Source of the DNA: Hormiphora californensis
Taxonomy: Eukaryota > Animalia > Ctenophora
NCBI GenBank assembly: GCA_020137815.1
Contig: CM035356.1
Location: forward strand, 5,394,001 to 5,458,000
Length of the DNA: 64,000 nt
Reading direction: 5' to 3'
Part shown: in pieces, positions 45,001 through 64,000 of the stretch
Numbering within the stretch: position 1 is the first letter of the stretch
Layout of the letters: every line of letters starts with the position of its first letter
The notes under the pieces: generated by a model
Told to the model about the DNA's origin: nothing
Databases searched by the model: none
What the model saw: only the letters and a program-made list of their open reading frames with translations
Position numbers and translations under genes: made by a program

Positions 45001-45758
45001 GCTCGCCCCGGAACCACCTTGCAACTGCATCCTTCACCAGGCCGACATCCCCTGCAACACGAGGAATGTGGTTTACCAAGCCACCTGCCGCAGGTGCTCA
45101 CAACAGTACATTGGCGCCACAGCAAGACCACTGAGAGAGAGGGTTAACGAACATGAGAGTAGTCAGCGACTGGGCAACGATCGGAGCTCCCTCGGCAAAC
45201 ACCTCGTCAAGGAACACCCCGAGGCAGTGACAGGAAGGAGGAGTGTGAGAGACTATGAGAATTTTTTGAATAATTTTGATTTTAAAGTTCATAGCAGAGG
45301 AAGAGACGCTTTAGAAACATTTTTGAAAGAGAATATTGCGATTGAGAGGGAACACCCGAGCCTGAATGACTGCCAGCAGAATGGGTTCATGTTTTGATTA
45401 GTTCGGGCCCAATCTACCCAGACTGCGAACTATCAGACCACGGACCCAGCTGCGATCACATTTCAGACCGGGTGTAGCCACTAATTGACCGACTATGTGT
45501 GTTATTTAAATAGTCCAACCTATTAACAGACGTTAGCTTAACACTGATGAGGACACGTTGTGTCGAAACGTTTGTTTTATTAGCATTTGATTTGAACACC
45601 TGAATCAACGTCGTTTTCCTGAATGCCTGAACCCACCCTAACACACGCGAGACCAGTTTGGAGGTCACCCAGTGGCCCCCACTCCAATCACTTGTAAACC
45701 TATCATGGCCCTTGTCAGCGCCTCACGTAAACGTATCATGGCCCTTGTCAGCGCCTTG

Positions 45759-45789
<31 letters not shown>

Positions 45790-46781
45790 AATTTAAAAAA
45801 ATATTCATTAGTTTTTTATGAGTTTTGCGGGTATTGGACACGGGTCGCCTGCTTCAGAGTCGGAGCTGCTAACCGTTGCACCATGGAAGAGGTGCTACTT
45901 TTACAATTCAAGAGACTATAAATCGCGCGGGACTTGTAGAGCCGCGCGAGTTGGAGTCAGAATCAACAAGTATGGAGTCGGAAGAGTGAGAGTCATTTTA
46001 TATGGAGTCTAAATACTGATTACTGGTGACGTCACGCACATTATAAAGGGGGTAGGGGGAGATCATGGAGCCGCCTGGAGTGTCTTTTCACCATTCAAAT
46101 GCATGCTTCTCTCTCAGGTCTCATTTGACAAGTTACTAGCGCTGACAAGGGCCATGATACGTTTACAAGGCAAGGCGCTGACAAGGGCCATGATATGTTT
46201 ACAAGGCAAGGCGCTGACAAGGGTCATGATATGTTTACAAGGCAAGGTGCTGACAAGGGCCATGATATGTTTACAATACAAGGCGCTGACAAGGGCCATG
46301 ATATGTTTACAAGGCAAGGCGCTGACAAGGCAAGGCGCTGACAAGGGCCATAATATGTTTACAAGGCAAGGCGCTGACAAGGGTCATGATATATGTTTAC
46401 AAGGCAAGGCGCTGACAAGGGTCATGATATATGTTTACAAGGCAAGGCCCTGACAAGGGCCATGATATGTTTACAAGGCAAGGCGCTGACAAGGGCCATG
46501 ATATGTTTACAAGGCAAGGCGCTGACAAGGGCCATGATATGTTTACAAGGCAAGGCGCTGACAAGGGCCATGATATGTTTACAAGGCAAGGCGCTGACAA
46601 GGGCCATGATATGTATACAAGGCAAGGCGCTGACAAGGGCCATGATATGTATACAAGGCAAGGCGCTGACAAGGGCCATGCTATGTTTACAAGGCAAGGC
46701 GCTGACAAGGGCCATAATATGTTTACAAGGCAAGGCGCTGACAAGGGCCATGATACGCAAGCACTTACTGCTTAGAGCTCT

Positions 46782-46836
<55 letters not shown>

Positions 46837-47827
46837 TTTCGTTCTCTCTCTCTCTTTCCCTCGTTTTTAGTTCGACTTTTTCCCTATTCTAACTCACGAA
46901 TTCGACTTGGAGTTCACGCCCGAAACTCCAAGACTTTTGTGTATGGGATATGACGACTTATTAAATGCCGCCTTTACCTCATATCAGAATAAGGGCAGCA
47001 AAACTGACATTAAAGTGAGAGAGAACAGCAGGGATTTTCACAAAAAGTTATCTGGATACTCCTTGATGAATGATGGCTAACTAAAACCGCATGTCTCTAG
47101 CATGTTTTTGAAAATCGAGCTAACACATGCGAGACGCACTATAATGGGCGTAAATTCATATATTGTAAAGTCCATTTTTATTCAACTGTTCACCCCTCAA
47201 CTCGTGCGCGTGCGATATTTTAATTTACGCTGCGCGCGCTACACGTTAACATGTGATAAACGCGCAAAACAATTCCGCGCACGACTTTGGGGGGTGAACA
47301 GTTGAAAAAAAATGGACTTTACATGCAGTTCGATGCTAGAATAGTTTTTTCTGCAAGTTCAACTTACCTCGGAACCCTTGTGGGACATGTGTTGTTGCAG
47401 TGAGGTGTATGGGACGAGGACGTCCACCCAGTCATCATTCTCTCCAGTCGACTCTATTGCAACAACAGGACCCTCAACCTCTGTTGCTGGCGTGGGTGAT
47501 AGTGTCTGTAATATTGTTAGTGTTACCACCTAGCTATGAGTATTTTGATAAATATTAAAAATATTTCGTTGCTTTACCTCTACTTAATTTCTATTTACAT
47601 CTCTACCAGGAGATCTATTAGAGAGGGATTGTATACGCCATGATACAAATTAAAATCCCTCTCCAATCTCACAAATCTAATAATCTGGTACCGGACAATA
47701 GATATAATATCGGAATATCACATCTCAGACTCACCTCATTATTAGTTAGAATATTCTCACGTTTAATCTCACTGACAATTTCATCAAACAGCTCATTATC
47801 ATCTTCGTATTCAACCGGAACATCCAT
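39027..47827 (-). CDS. Multi-C2H2 zinc-finger protein (about 14 fingers), multi-exon
   Basis: Exons with CxxC..HxxxxH fingers: FRCTECYAGFTRNDNLKRHYKLLH, CPHCYRGFARKNTLQRHIVSQH, CTLCDMKF, CSYCNVTF, CELCGNKF, CEDCGYVY, CPYCGKLF, CCLCEKEF, CDQCNKRF; 5' exons at 47827-47735, 47506-47368 and 44005-43782. Confidence 0.88.
39983..40103 (-). repeat. 27-bp minisatellite containing a 5' splice site
   Basis: cattcta|gtga.tttgggggcgtgata, about 4.5 copies; starts at the donor after ..SLRRHIL. Confidence 0.85.
40231..40468 (-). repeat. ~35-45-bp minisatellite containing a 3' splice site
   Basis: tatttCAG|tgtccatattg (exon start CPYC), about 6 copies. Confidence 0.82.
40705..40933 (-). repeat. 48-bp minisatellite containing a 3' splice site
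   Basis: ctagaattggtagaaagaTAG|gtgtatttcct, 5 copies. Confidence 0.88.
43118..43582 (-). repeat. C-rich minisatellite containing a 3' splice site plus 33 nt of a zinc-finger exon
   Basis: cc(C/T)AG|ttcaggtgcacagagtgctatgcagggttcacc (FRCTECYAGFT), about 8 copies. Confidence 0.9.
44136..45689 (+). mobile_element. Penelope-like retroelement (RT C-terminal half plus GIY-YIG), 5'-truncated, with inverted pLTR and 12-bp TSD
   Basis: YVDD; IAFLDL; GYP thumb; CNC..H..C linker; VVYQATCRRCSQQYIGAT..LRERVNEH GIY-YIG; 44185-44234 is the reverse complement of 45641-45690; acttgtaaacct at 44124-44135 and 45690-45701. Confidence 0.93.
45534..45585 (+). ncRNA. Probable minimal type I hammerhead ribozyme in the PLE 3' pLTR
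   Basis: aaca-CTGATGA-g-GACAC-gtt-GTGTC-GAAA-CG-T-T-tgtt: core boxes, stem II, palindromic ACGT stem III and a 4-bp stem I; one extra G before stem II. Confidence 0.72.
46139..46757. repeat. 36-bp minisatellite (~17 copies), with two inverted copies at 45691-45757
   Basis: aaggcaaggcgctgacaagggccatgatatgtttac. Confidence 0.92.
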
Positions 47828-48321
47828 CTTGACATATCCCCTTTCTCTCTCTCGTTACATTTTAGACCATCTACATTGCTGATTGTGTAGAGACGGTATA
47901 TAACGAACTACAATGTCTGGGAAACTATGATAATCAATAATCATCGGTTTACTTCAAATACATCCAAGTGGCAATTGAAATCTTGGAATGCAGGGGAACT
48001 GAAAAACTATCCTTGCACCGATTGGCGTTCTTTTCAACTTGGTCTCGAGCCTGATACGAAGTCTCAAGCACTAACCTTAACCTGAACTCCGGCCCAGGCC
48101 CCAGCCTGCAGCAGCCCTAACCCTAGAAAATCGGGAGTGACGACATTCGGAAGTTCCGAATCGGAACGCCCTGATTTGAATGTTTCCCGGCTGGACTTAA
48201 AGTGCGTTTCAAACGACTTGACCTGAGATTCCTGGAAATTCAGGATTTCCCCTTTGTAAATACACGCGCAATGCGCCAAATTCCAAGAATTACGGGTCAA
48301 GTCGCTTGAAACGGACTTTAA

Positions 48322-48790
48322 AGTGAGAGTGGACCGAATCAGAATTGGACAAGTTTGTTGTAGGTAGTAGAGATTAGCTTTCTGAGCATTTTGCGTTTTT
48401 GCCGCTCAAAATCGACCCACCCATCACTGAGATATTTTTGTTATGTTGGGAGAATTCCTGCTGGATCAGTATTTAACAAACATGATAGAAACAATCCTTG
48501 TGTTTTACTAACACATTCTTTATATCTTTAATATGCTGGCTTGCATTGCCCTGCTTCTGTGCATGGACATGTCAACCTCACTGCTTATATTCAGAATGTG
48601 TTAGTAAAACACCACGATTGTTTCTATTCTGTTTTATACATACTGATTAAACAGGAGTTCTCCCAACATAACAAAAATATCTCAGTGATGGGTGGGTCGA
48701 TTTTGAGCGGCAAAAACGCAAAATGCTCAGAAAGCTAATCTCTACTACCTACAACAAACTTGTCCAATTTTGATCCGGTCCACTCTCACT
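48322..48790. mobile_element. Palindromic MITE with TTAA flanks and AG termini (Kolobok-like)
   Basis: ttaa-agtgagagtggaccg ... cggtccactctcact-ttaa. Confidence 0.82.
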
Positions 48791-49853
48791 TTAATATAGC
48801 CGTTAAAGTAAAATGGATTAAAAGCCAAAACTAAAAAGGCTCCCACTTGAGTTTTTAGAAATTTCCAACGGCACAGCCAGGGGCTGTCCCATGTCCGCTG
48901 AGCGTGGGTCTTGGCCACGGTAGCTACTAGCTCCTACCAGTGGAACCCCCACTGCGGGGTCTAGACTCTAGTGGTAGAGCCAAGGCAGGGTATACTTTTT
49001 TAAGACCTTTTACACCACCTGAATGTGTGTTAAAAGAAACAACAAGTCGGCACCGTCGTGTCTGAACGACAAAAAAGACCTGAAAAAGACCGAAAAAATA
49101 ACGAGGGAAAAAGGAAAAAACTTAACAGAAAAAATAACAAAGCGTTGCACTCTTGGAGCTCCATGGAGGCTCTTGAACTTTATTATGGTTCACTATGCGT
49201 CGCAATTAATGTAACGCGCGAATTTAAATAATGAAAGCGCTGCCAAAAATATACTTTCTTAAGCCGCGCGCTGAAATTTTGTCATTCGCGTTCGAAGATT
49301 TTTCGTCAGAAATCCAGATTTTTTCCGCTTTGTTTTCAGAAATCCAGAATCGCCAAAATCTTCGCCCAAATTTTCCAATGTGTATGTAAGAAGTGGAGCA
49401 GGGCTCATTGATGCCTCTGGTACTCTCCATATCGGAAGTTTTTGCTGGAGAGATGGGGAAGGTTTCGCCAAAACCGGGTCGAGAAATTTCACGGTGAAAA
49501 AAATCCGGTTTAGCGAGTCGAGTGTGAAAGGTTAGATAAGTAATTAAGTTAGAATGTCAATTCAAAAGCTAGTTAACAAGTGTCATGTGAGTTAGCTTAG
49601 CTATGTGAGAAGTATATTGACAGCAAGATTGTATGCATCTCACATTACATTATGACCCTGTCGGCTGTCAGAGCATTGGCGCGGGAACTGTGGTCAGAGC
49701 ATTGGCCTGCACTGACAGTTATGGCCAAGAGTTGATCCTGTTGACAGTGACACGTGAAATGATAGGGCAGAGAAACACAGCATTATGAATACATAATGCA
49801 ATAATTCTTGTATTAGTTTCTAGGTAGCAGGTTGAATTGGTTTTGTTTAGCAA

Positions 49854-50141
49854 ATGTCAAACTATCCCGAGTTTCTTATCCTAACAACTGCCATCAATGT
49901 GAGAACTGGTCCAACATACTGCGGGGGAGAAGAGAAAGACCCCAGATTCATGGGAGAACTCGGCTGTAAACTGGTAACCTCGACATCCCAACTTGGATCC
50001 ATGATTTACCAGTCCCCAAAGGATATAACAGAAGTCATGGGGAAAGCTTCATTCTTGGGTTACAAGGTTATCAGTACATCGGGATTAGGACAAACTTTTA
50101 TTGTTACTATGCAGCGTGACCCAACTAAATATCAATTTTAA
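49854..50141 (+). CDS. GCHFR: GTP cyclohydrolase I feedback regulatory protein (GFRP), single coding exon
   Basis: FLILTTAINVRTGPTYCGGEEKDPRFMGELG...GYKVISTSGLGQTFIVTMQR aligns by eye with GFRP YLLISTQIRMEVGPTMVGDEQSDPELMQHLG...GFRVLSMTGVGQTLVWCLHK. Confidence 0.88.
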   Translation: MSNYPEFLILTTAINVRTGPTYCGGEEKDPRFMGELGCKLVTSTSQLGSMIYQSPKDITEVMGKASFLGYKVISTSGLGQTFIVTMQRDPTKYQF

Positions 50142-50164
50142 TTTTGTGAATTGTGACCAGTGAA

Positions 50165-52086
50165 TACCGCCTGGGCCAAAAAAAAACGTGGGGTACGCCG
50201 AGCCTCATATCTCCCAAATCGTAACTTCTATCACTCTGATATTTTGACACAATTTTTGTATAACTACTCATTCGAGGAATCCGGAGTTTCAATTTCTAAA
50301 ACTTCAAAATTCATTAATGAACTCAATTTTTCAATTTTCGGGTTTTTCGAGGTTTTCTCTTGTTTATATTCAATTTTATTCTGAAAAATGACCGCCATGC
50401 AATAGAACAACTAACAACAAATGGCAATCTGCATTTTTATTAAAATTGAATCAAGTTTAGTGGGTGAAATAAACAATATAAAACTGTTCATTTTTACCGA
50501 AAATCGATTTTGACCCGTTTTGACGAGAAATCGGTAATTTCAGGCGCTAAAAATTGGTAAGGCCATTGCACTTGATCAATGTTGATATTAGCCGGAATTT
50601 AAGCTCTCTATCTCAAAGTTCATTTTTCCGACTGGAATGAATCCTGAATGAACTTGAAAACAGGAATGCTTTTTCAACCCGGAATTTCACAGTCGTCTTT
50701 GGGTATCGATTTCCTTTCAAACGCGACTAATTTTAGCTCAATTGGCCCACCACAAGAGACACAGTGGCTAGTTTTCTAACCCTAGGTCTGGTCATGTGAC
50801 CCCCATTGAGACGCTAGTGTCATTACGAAGTGCCAATAAGCAGGTGTAACTGTCGAGTATCACGTATCACATCTGCTAATGAGGACGGTGTACCGATACA
50901 GCGTCCGTTAGAATGTAAGTTCTCTTGCTAACACGTCATAATTTGATGGGGATCACATGACCCAACCTAGGCTCGGTAAACTGGTCACTGTGATTCTTGT
51001 GGTGATCCAATTTTAAAGCTCAAACTGGTCGCGTTCCCGGTGTCCCAGGAGTTTATTTTGGCCGGGAATGGCCGTTTTCATGTGGCCGATTTGGCCGATT
51101 TTTTCGTTTTTGATTTTTGACCAATTAGGTTCAATTATGGCCAATTAGGGTACTTTCTTGACCCCTGAGCACTTTAATAAGTAGCTCACGTGATTCAGCG
51201 TGCAAAAATAGGTGGGTTTAGTGCCTAAGCTTGATTTTTTGATGAAATTTCAATTTTCGGTCTTTTTGACCGAAATATTCCTGTTATTCCCCCCCTATTC
51301 CCCCTTTTTACAGGTAGATTTTGGCCGAAAAGCCGAAATATTCCTCCTCTGAGAGGAAGACTGAAAAAAGTGGGAAACAATTTGATAATAAACTTAAAAT
51401 GACATAAACCGACATATTTCGATACGCTGAATCACGTGAGCTACTTATCAAAGTGCTCAGAGGTCAAGAAAGTGCCCTAATTGGCCATAATTGAACATAA
51501 TTGGTCAAAAATTGAAATTTCATGAAAAATATCAAACAATCAAAGCTTGACCACAAACCCCACTAATTTTGGTACGCTGAATCACGTGAGCTACTTTTTA
51601 AAATCCTCTTATGCCAATTAAGGGTGCTAATTGGCATAATAGGATGTTAATTGGTGATTCTGAAGGATGTATTATGGCTATGCCATTACCCACTATCCCC
51701 ACTAATTTTGGTACGCTGAATCACGTGAGCTACTTTTTCAAGTCCTCAGATGTGAAAAAAGGGCCGAAAATCGGCCATAAGACAATTTGGCCGACGGGAA
51801 TGGTATTCCCGTATTCCTCTATTTGGGACACCGGGGTCGCGTTCGAAAGAAAATCGATAGCCAAACAAATTTGTGAAACTTTGGTACCGAAATATGGTCC
51901 CATTTTGATGTTCATTCAATGTTCATTCGGGCGAAAAAAATGAACTTTTATCTAGAGGGCTGAAACTCCGGATTCCTCGAATGAGTACCCATACAAATAT
52001 TGTGTCAAAATATCAGAGTGATGGAAGTTAAGATTTGGGAGATATGAGGCTCGGCGTACCCCACGTTTTTTTTGGCCCAGGCGGTA
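50165..52086. mobile_element. TA-flanked MITE with a nested 800-bp element (51036-51835, 8-bp TSD gtcgcgtt)
   Basis: TIR ccgcctgggccaaaaaaaaacgtggggtacgccgagcc; nested cccggtgtccca / tgggacaccggg. Confidence 0.85.
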
Positions 52087-52213
52087 CTTTAAATGCTACT
52101 AACAATAATGACGTACTATCCATTTTTTAAAACTTGTGCGATTTTATACTGTTTGTTTCTTCATAACCCTCCTTGTTATACAATATGCCCTCTCTCTACA
52201 ATAGCAGTTTCAC

Positions 52214-60714
<8,501 letters not shown>

Positions 60715-60727
60715 GTACATGACGTGA

Positions 60728-60900
60728 CACACAGACAATTGGTAGTCTTGACAAACACACAGACAATTGGTAGTCTTGACAAATACACAGACAATCTATA
60801 CATAGTCTTGACAAACACACAGACAATTGGTAGTCTTGACAAACACACAGACAATTGGTAGTCTTGACAAACACACAGATAATTATGGTAGTCTTGACAA
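60728..60900. repeat. 28-bp minisatellite
   Basis: cacacagacaattggtagtcttgacaaa, about 6 copies. Confidence 0.88.
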
Positions 60901-61430
60901 CTAAACAATAAAATACAGAACACGTACTGGACCTGCTGATTAGCATTAGCCATTAGGATTGACCAATTAATATATGGGTTCCAATTCTTATCCGTGCAGC
61001 ATACCACCACCTATTTGCAAATCTCAGATCGCAATACATTATATATCCCGTGCCCCGTTTTGGGTATGATATCCCCTCTTCTTCTCTCCCTCCTGCGCTG
61101 TCCTCTCTCCCGTTTTCGTGCGCGCTACGTCTAGGACAGAGAGGGTAAATCGTGTCCAATGCCCCGTTCCATTATAACCTCCAACATCCAAGACCATTAT
61201 GTATCGGGGAGAACAGAGAGGAGACTAAAATTAAAACAAAAAGCTAATAAATATATTCAGCAACAATAGCAAAAATGTTATTCAAAACAATAAAACATCG
61301 CAAATCAGCAGTTAGTGTATTCCCCCCCCCCCTCTCACTATCTCTATATCTATATCTACCTCTCTCTTTCTTTATCTCTCTATCTACCTCTCTACCTATC
61401 TTTATCTCTATCTGTAAACTCTCGTTACTT

Positions 61431-62786
61431 TTATTGTTTATGCATATGTTCAATGACAACGCTCAACTTCCTCCTCCCCTCCATCTCGTGTTCATTCCGG
61501 GTTGTATTACTATTCTGGCTGACAAGAGCCGGAGTGCTATCCTCACTCCTGAACAGCCTCCTGCTCCTGACAAATCTCCTGAAGCTTCCCACCCGCCAGA
61601 AGAAGACAAGAGGGTTAATGGCTGCCCGTAGCACCGTCGGAACTTCAAACACTAAAATCCAAGCATAATACTTCATAAACTTGTCGTCGGAGTGTAATTG
61701 ATGATAATAATCATAAACAGAGATCCCCTCCTCTGTCTCATTCATGTTGTCCATGTAGACTTTGATGAAGTAAAGCTGCCGGAGGAGATATATAAACATG
61801 GGAGTGTTGAACACTAGGTATAATCGTGGTGACCATGACAACTGTAACGCTCGCTGACTTGTGGGTGGAATTAGTGCCATTCACCTCTTTAGCCCGGTCC
61901 CCCTGCTCGTTTCAGATAGATCAGTGATAGGACTGCCGAGATGGCGATGGGTGGGAAGGGTGCAGCCATGATCCCCGCCCAGATAACATTTTTAATCAGT
62001 TCATTGTGGACCGCCCCGCTCGGAAGGAAGTTCTTTCCCGCGGAGAACCAGGTCCAGTTCAGGTTGGGAGAATCGGCCGTTGCACCGTACAAAACACACA
62101 CACCCTGCAATGAGGGTGGGGGTGAGTGGAAGATACAATTAACCTGTAACTAAGAAATGGTTGTGCTGGATAATAACAGGATAATTATTGGATAATTACA
62201 GGATGATTATAATAGTGTACCTTGTACAAATTAAAAACAACGGAAGTTTTTAAGGTCTATACACATGTTTCATGATGCCCCACGAGTGTACCTTGTATGG
62301 ATTGAAGAATGCCATTAGCATGTTATTACCCATAAGGATAGCCCACACGACCACAACCAGTACGAACCAGAGACAGGATGGTAGCCAGGATCCCAACATG
62401 GGTAACTTCCTCCGGGCGTTCATAATCAATGCCAACCTGAAGTTACAAACTGAGGTTACCACGTACAGTTACCTTGGTTACCTAAGGAAGCAGCTGGTTA
62501 CCATGGTTACCTAAGGAAGCAGCTGGTTACCTTGGTTACCTAAGGAAGTAGCTGGTTACCATGGTTACCTAAGGAAGCAGCTGGTTACCTCGATAAGCTG
62601 AGGATGGCGACCAGGACGATGGAGGTCATTAGGAGTGATTTGGCAATCACTGTCCATATGTTACACACGATATCATTGAATAACACTAGGTAGGGGCTGA
62701 TTCGAGATGGCGTGAAGAGTACTTGAACCACGGGCAGGTGTAGAACACACAGAAGGGAGTCAATTGCGCTGATCAGGAAATATAGC
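61431..62786 (-). CDS. Divergent class A GPCR, TM2-TM7 (TM1 exon not resolved; frame shift near 61890-61860)
   Basis: LYFLISAIDSLLC (TM2), CNIW..VLVAILSLSR (TM3), APFPPIAISAVLS (TM5), FNTP (TM6), VLRAAINPLVFFWRVGSFRRF (TM7/H8). Confidence 0.78.
62454..62590 (-). repeat. Minisatellite containing the 5' splice site (ag|GTAACC)
   Basis: gtaaccagctgcttccttag-gtaacca repeats fill the intron after ..LSLSR. Confidence 0.8.
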
Positions 62787-64000
62787 CTGGAATGGGAAGG
62801 AGGGGTTAAAATATTTGGTTATTGTCCTTTATTGTAGCCTTCCTATATGTATATCAATAAGTACAAATCGAACCCACTTTATAAAGTCTATACTAAATAG
62901 TACTAAAACTTTATAAGAACTCTTTAGACTTTCTAATTGTCTCAGAATCCTGAACGAGACTGATAATATATAAGTGCTTTTTTATTCTTAGCGTACTTGC
63001 TTTAGAGAAAGATTTAGGGGGGTTAAAATTGAATCGAGTGCAGTGCCCGAGAGAAGATGAAATGATCTGCGTACTGCATAATATTCTACAGAGAGAGCCC
63101 CCCCCCCCCCCCCCCCACCCCCCTTAGAGAGCCAACGGAGATTCGGCTAATGATCCGGCCCAAAAAGGGGCGAATTCAACAATTTACCCCAAAAAGGGGG
63201 TGAATATCATATAAGCTAACTACCTGTACAAGTGTTGTATCACTCATAATTTCCCTGTCACCTGCACAGCTCAAACTCACCGGCATCCCAGAATATTATT
63301 GGTTATACGATCGAAGTTACCCCTATATTCATATTTCATCCCCAAGAATAATTAAAAATTAACTGAGCTAGAGTGAACGGGTATGTGGCAGATACCTCTA
63401 TAGTAAGAGCTAGGGAGTGAAAAGTTGACATATCTGAGTACCCCCACGTACCCCTGTCCTAGCAAACAATATTTCAAGAGAATTGGAAAGGGTGAGAGAA
63501 TCAGGAGAGAGGAAAGAGGCGACAATCGACATCGTACACTGTGGCCGTATAACACTGTGTGGTTGATTGAGACTGGAATATATATTTCAAATTGGGTGAA
63601 AACTATAGCATCTTGCGACTTCAAATTTTGAGTAACAAGGTTGCCATGGCAACTGGAGTGGTAACTATGGGGACTGAATTGTTGAAATTCATTCGAAAGT
63701 ATTAACACACTTCCACTGGAAGTTCATAAAGTGTGAGCAACAGCTTTACAGCTTTGGGCACATAAAGTGTTTTATGAAGGAGCACCGTCGCGTAGAAACG
63801 CACTGAACGAACGGCCACTTCGACGTTCATCTCCAAATTATAATAGAGACTAGCGCACCCATTGGGTGCGCCTCAATATAAGGGCTTTTTGTTAACCCAC
63901 CCGGCTTCGCCGGGTGGTTCTTTTCGCCCCTTTAAACGTTAATAACACGGTTGCCATGGCAACTGAATTGGTAACTATGGTGACTGGCCTGTTAAAAGTC

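Noticed and set aside
46103-46953. ORFs with 12-aa repeats
   Set aside because: Open in several frames on both strands because of a stop-free 36-bp minisatellite
48070-48130. ccctaaccctag as a telomerase template or telomere
   Set aside because: Isolated degenerate copies, similar to those inside the MITE at 58165-58371
60728-60900. 28-bp array (and the 25-bp array at 56126) as junction-derived
   Set aside because: Both lie close to splice sites, but the units do not include the authentic junction

Overview
Eukaryotic, intron-rich animal genomic DNA. It is most consistent with a ctenophore such as Pleurobrachia (inferred from GPCR style, repeat families and intron style; not verified). The assembly has homopolymer errors and several low-quality stretches. 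Genes reconstructed by hand: an RGS22-like gene (-, about 3.0-10.1 kb); a divergently oriented class A GPCR with an opsin-like ECL2 but no Schiff-base Lys (+, 11.6-19.0 kb); an intronless BACK/kelch gene; CPSF6/CFIm68 (-); a multi-C2H2 zinc-finger gene (-); GCHFR/GFRP (+); an EF-hand/coiled-coil gene (+); and a second GPCR (-). Mobile DNA: a near-complete CR1/L2-type LINE; a 5'-truncated Penelope-like element with an inverted pLTR, a 12-bp TSD and a probable minimal hammerhead ribozyme; and many palindromic or nested MITEs and Helentron-like elements. The most striking unexplained pattern: in about ten introns of six genes, a tandem array is built from the splice junction itself (donor or acceptor plus 6-33 nt of the adjacent exon). 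The result is stacks of decoy splice sites, with the authentic site always the exon-proximal copy.
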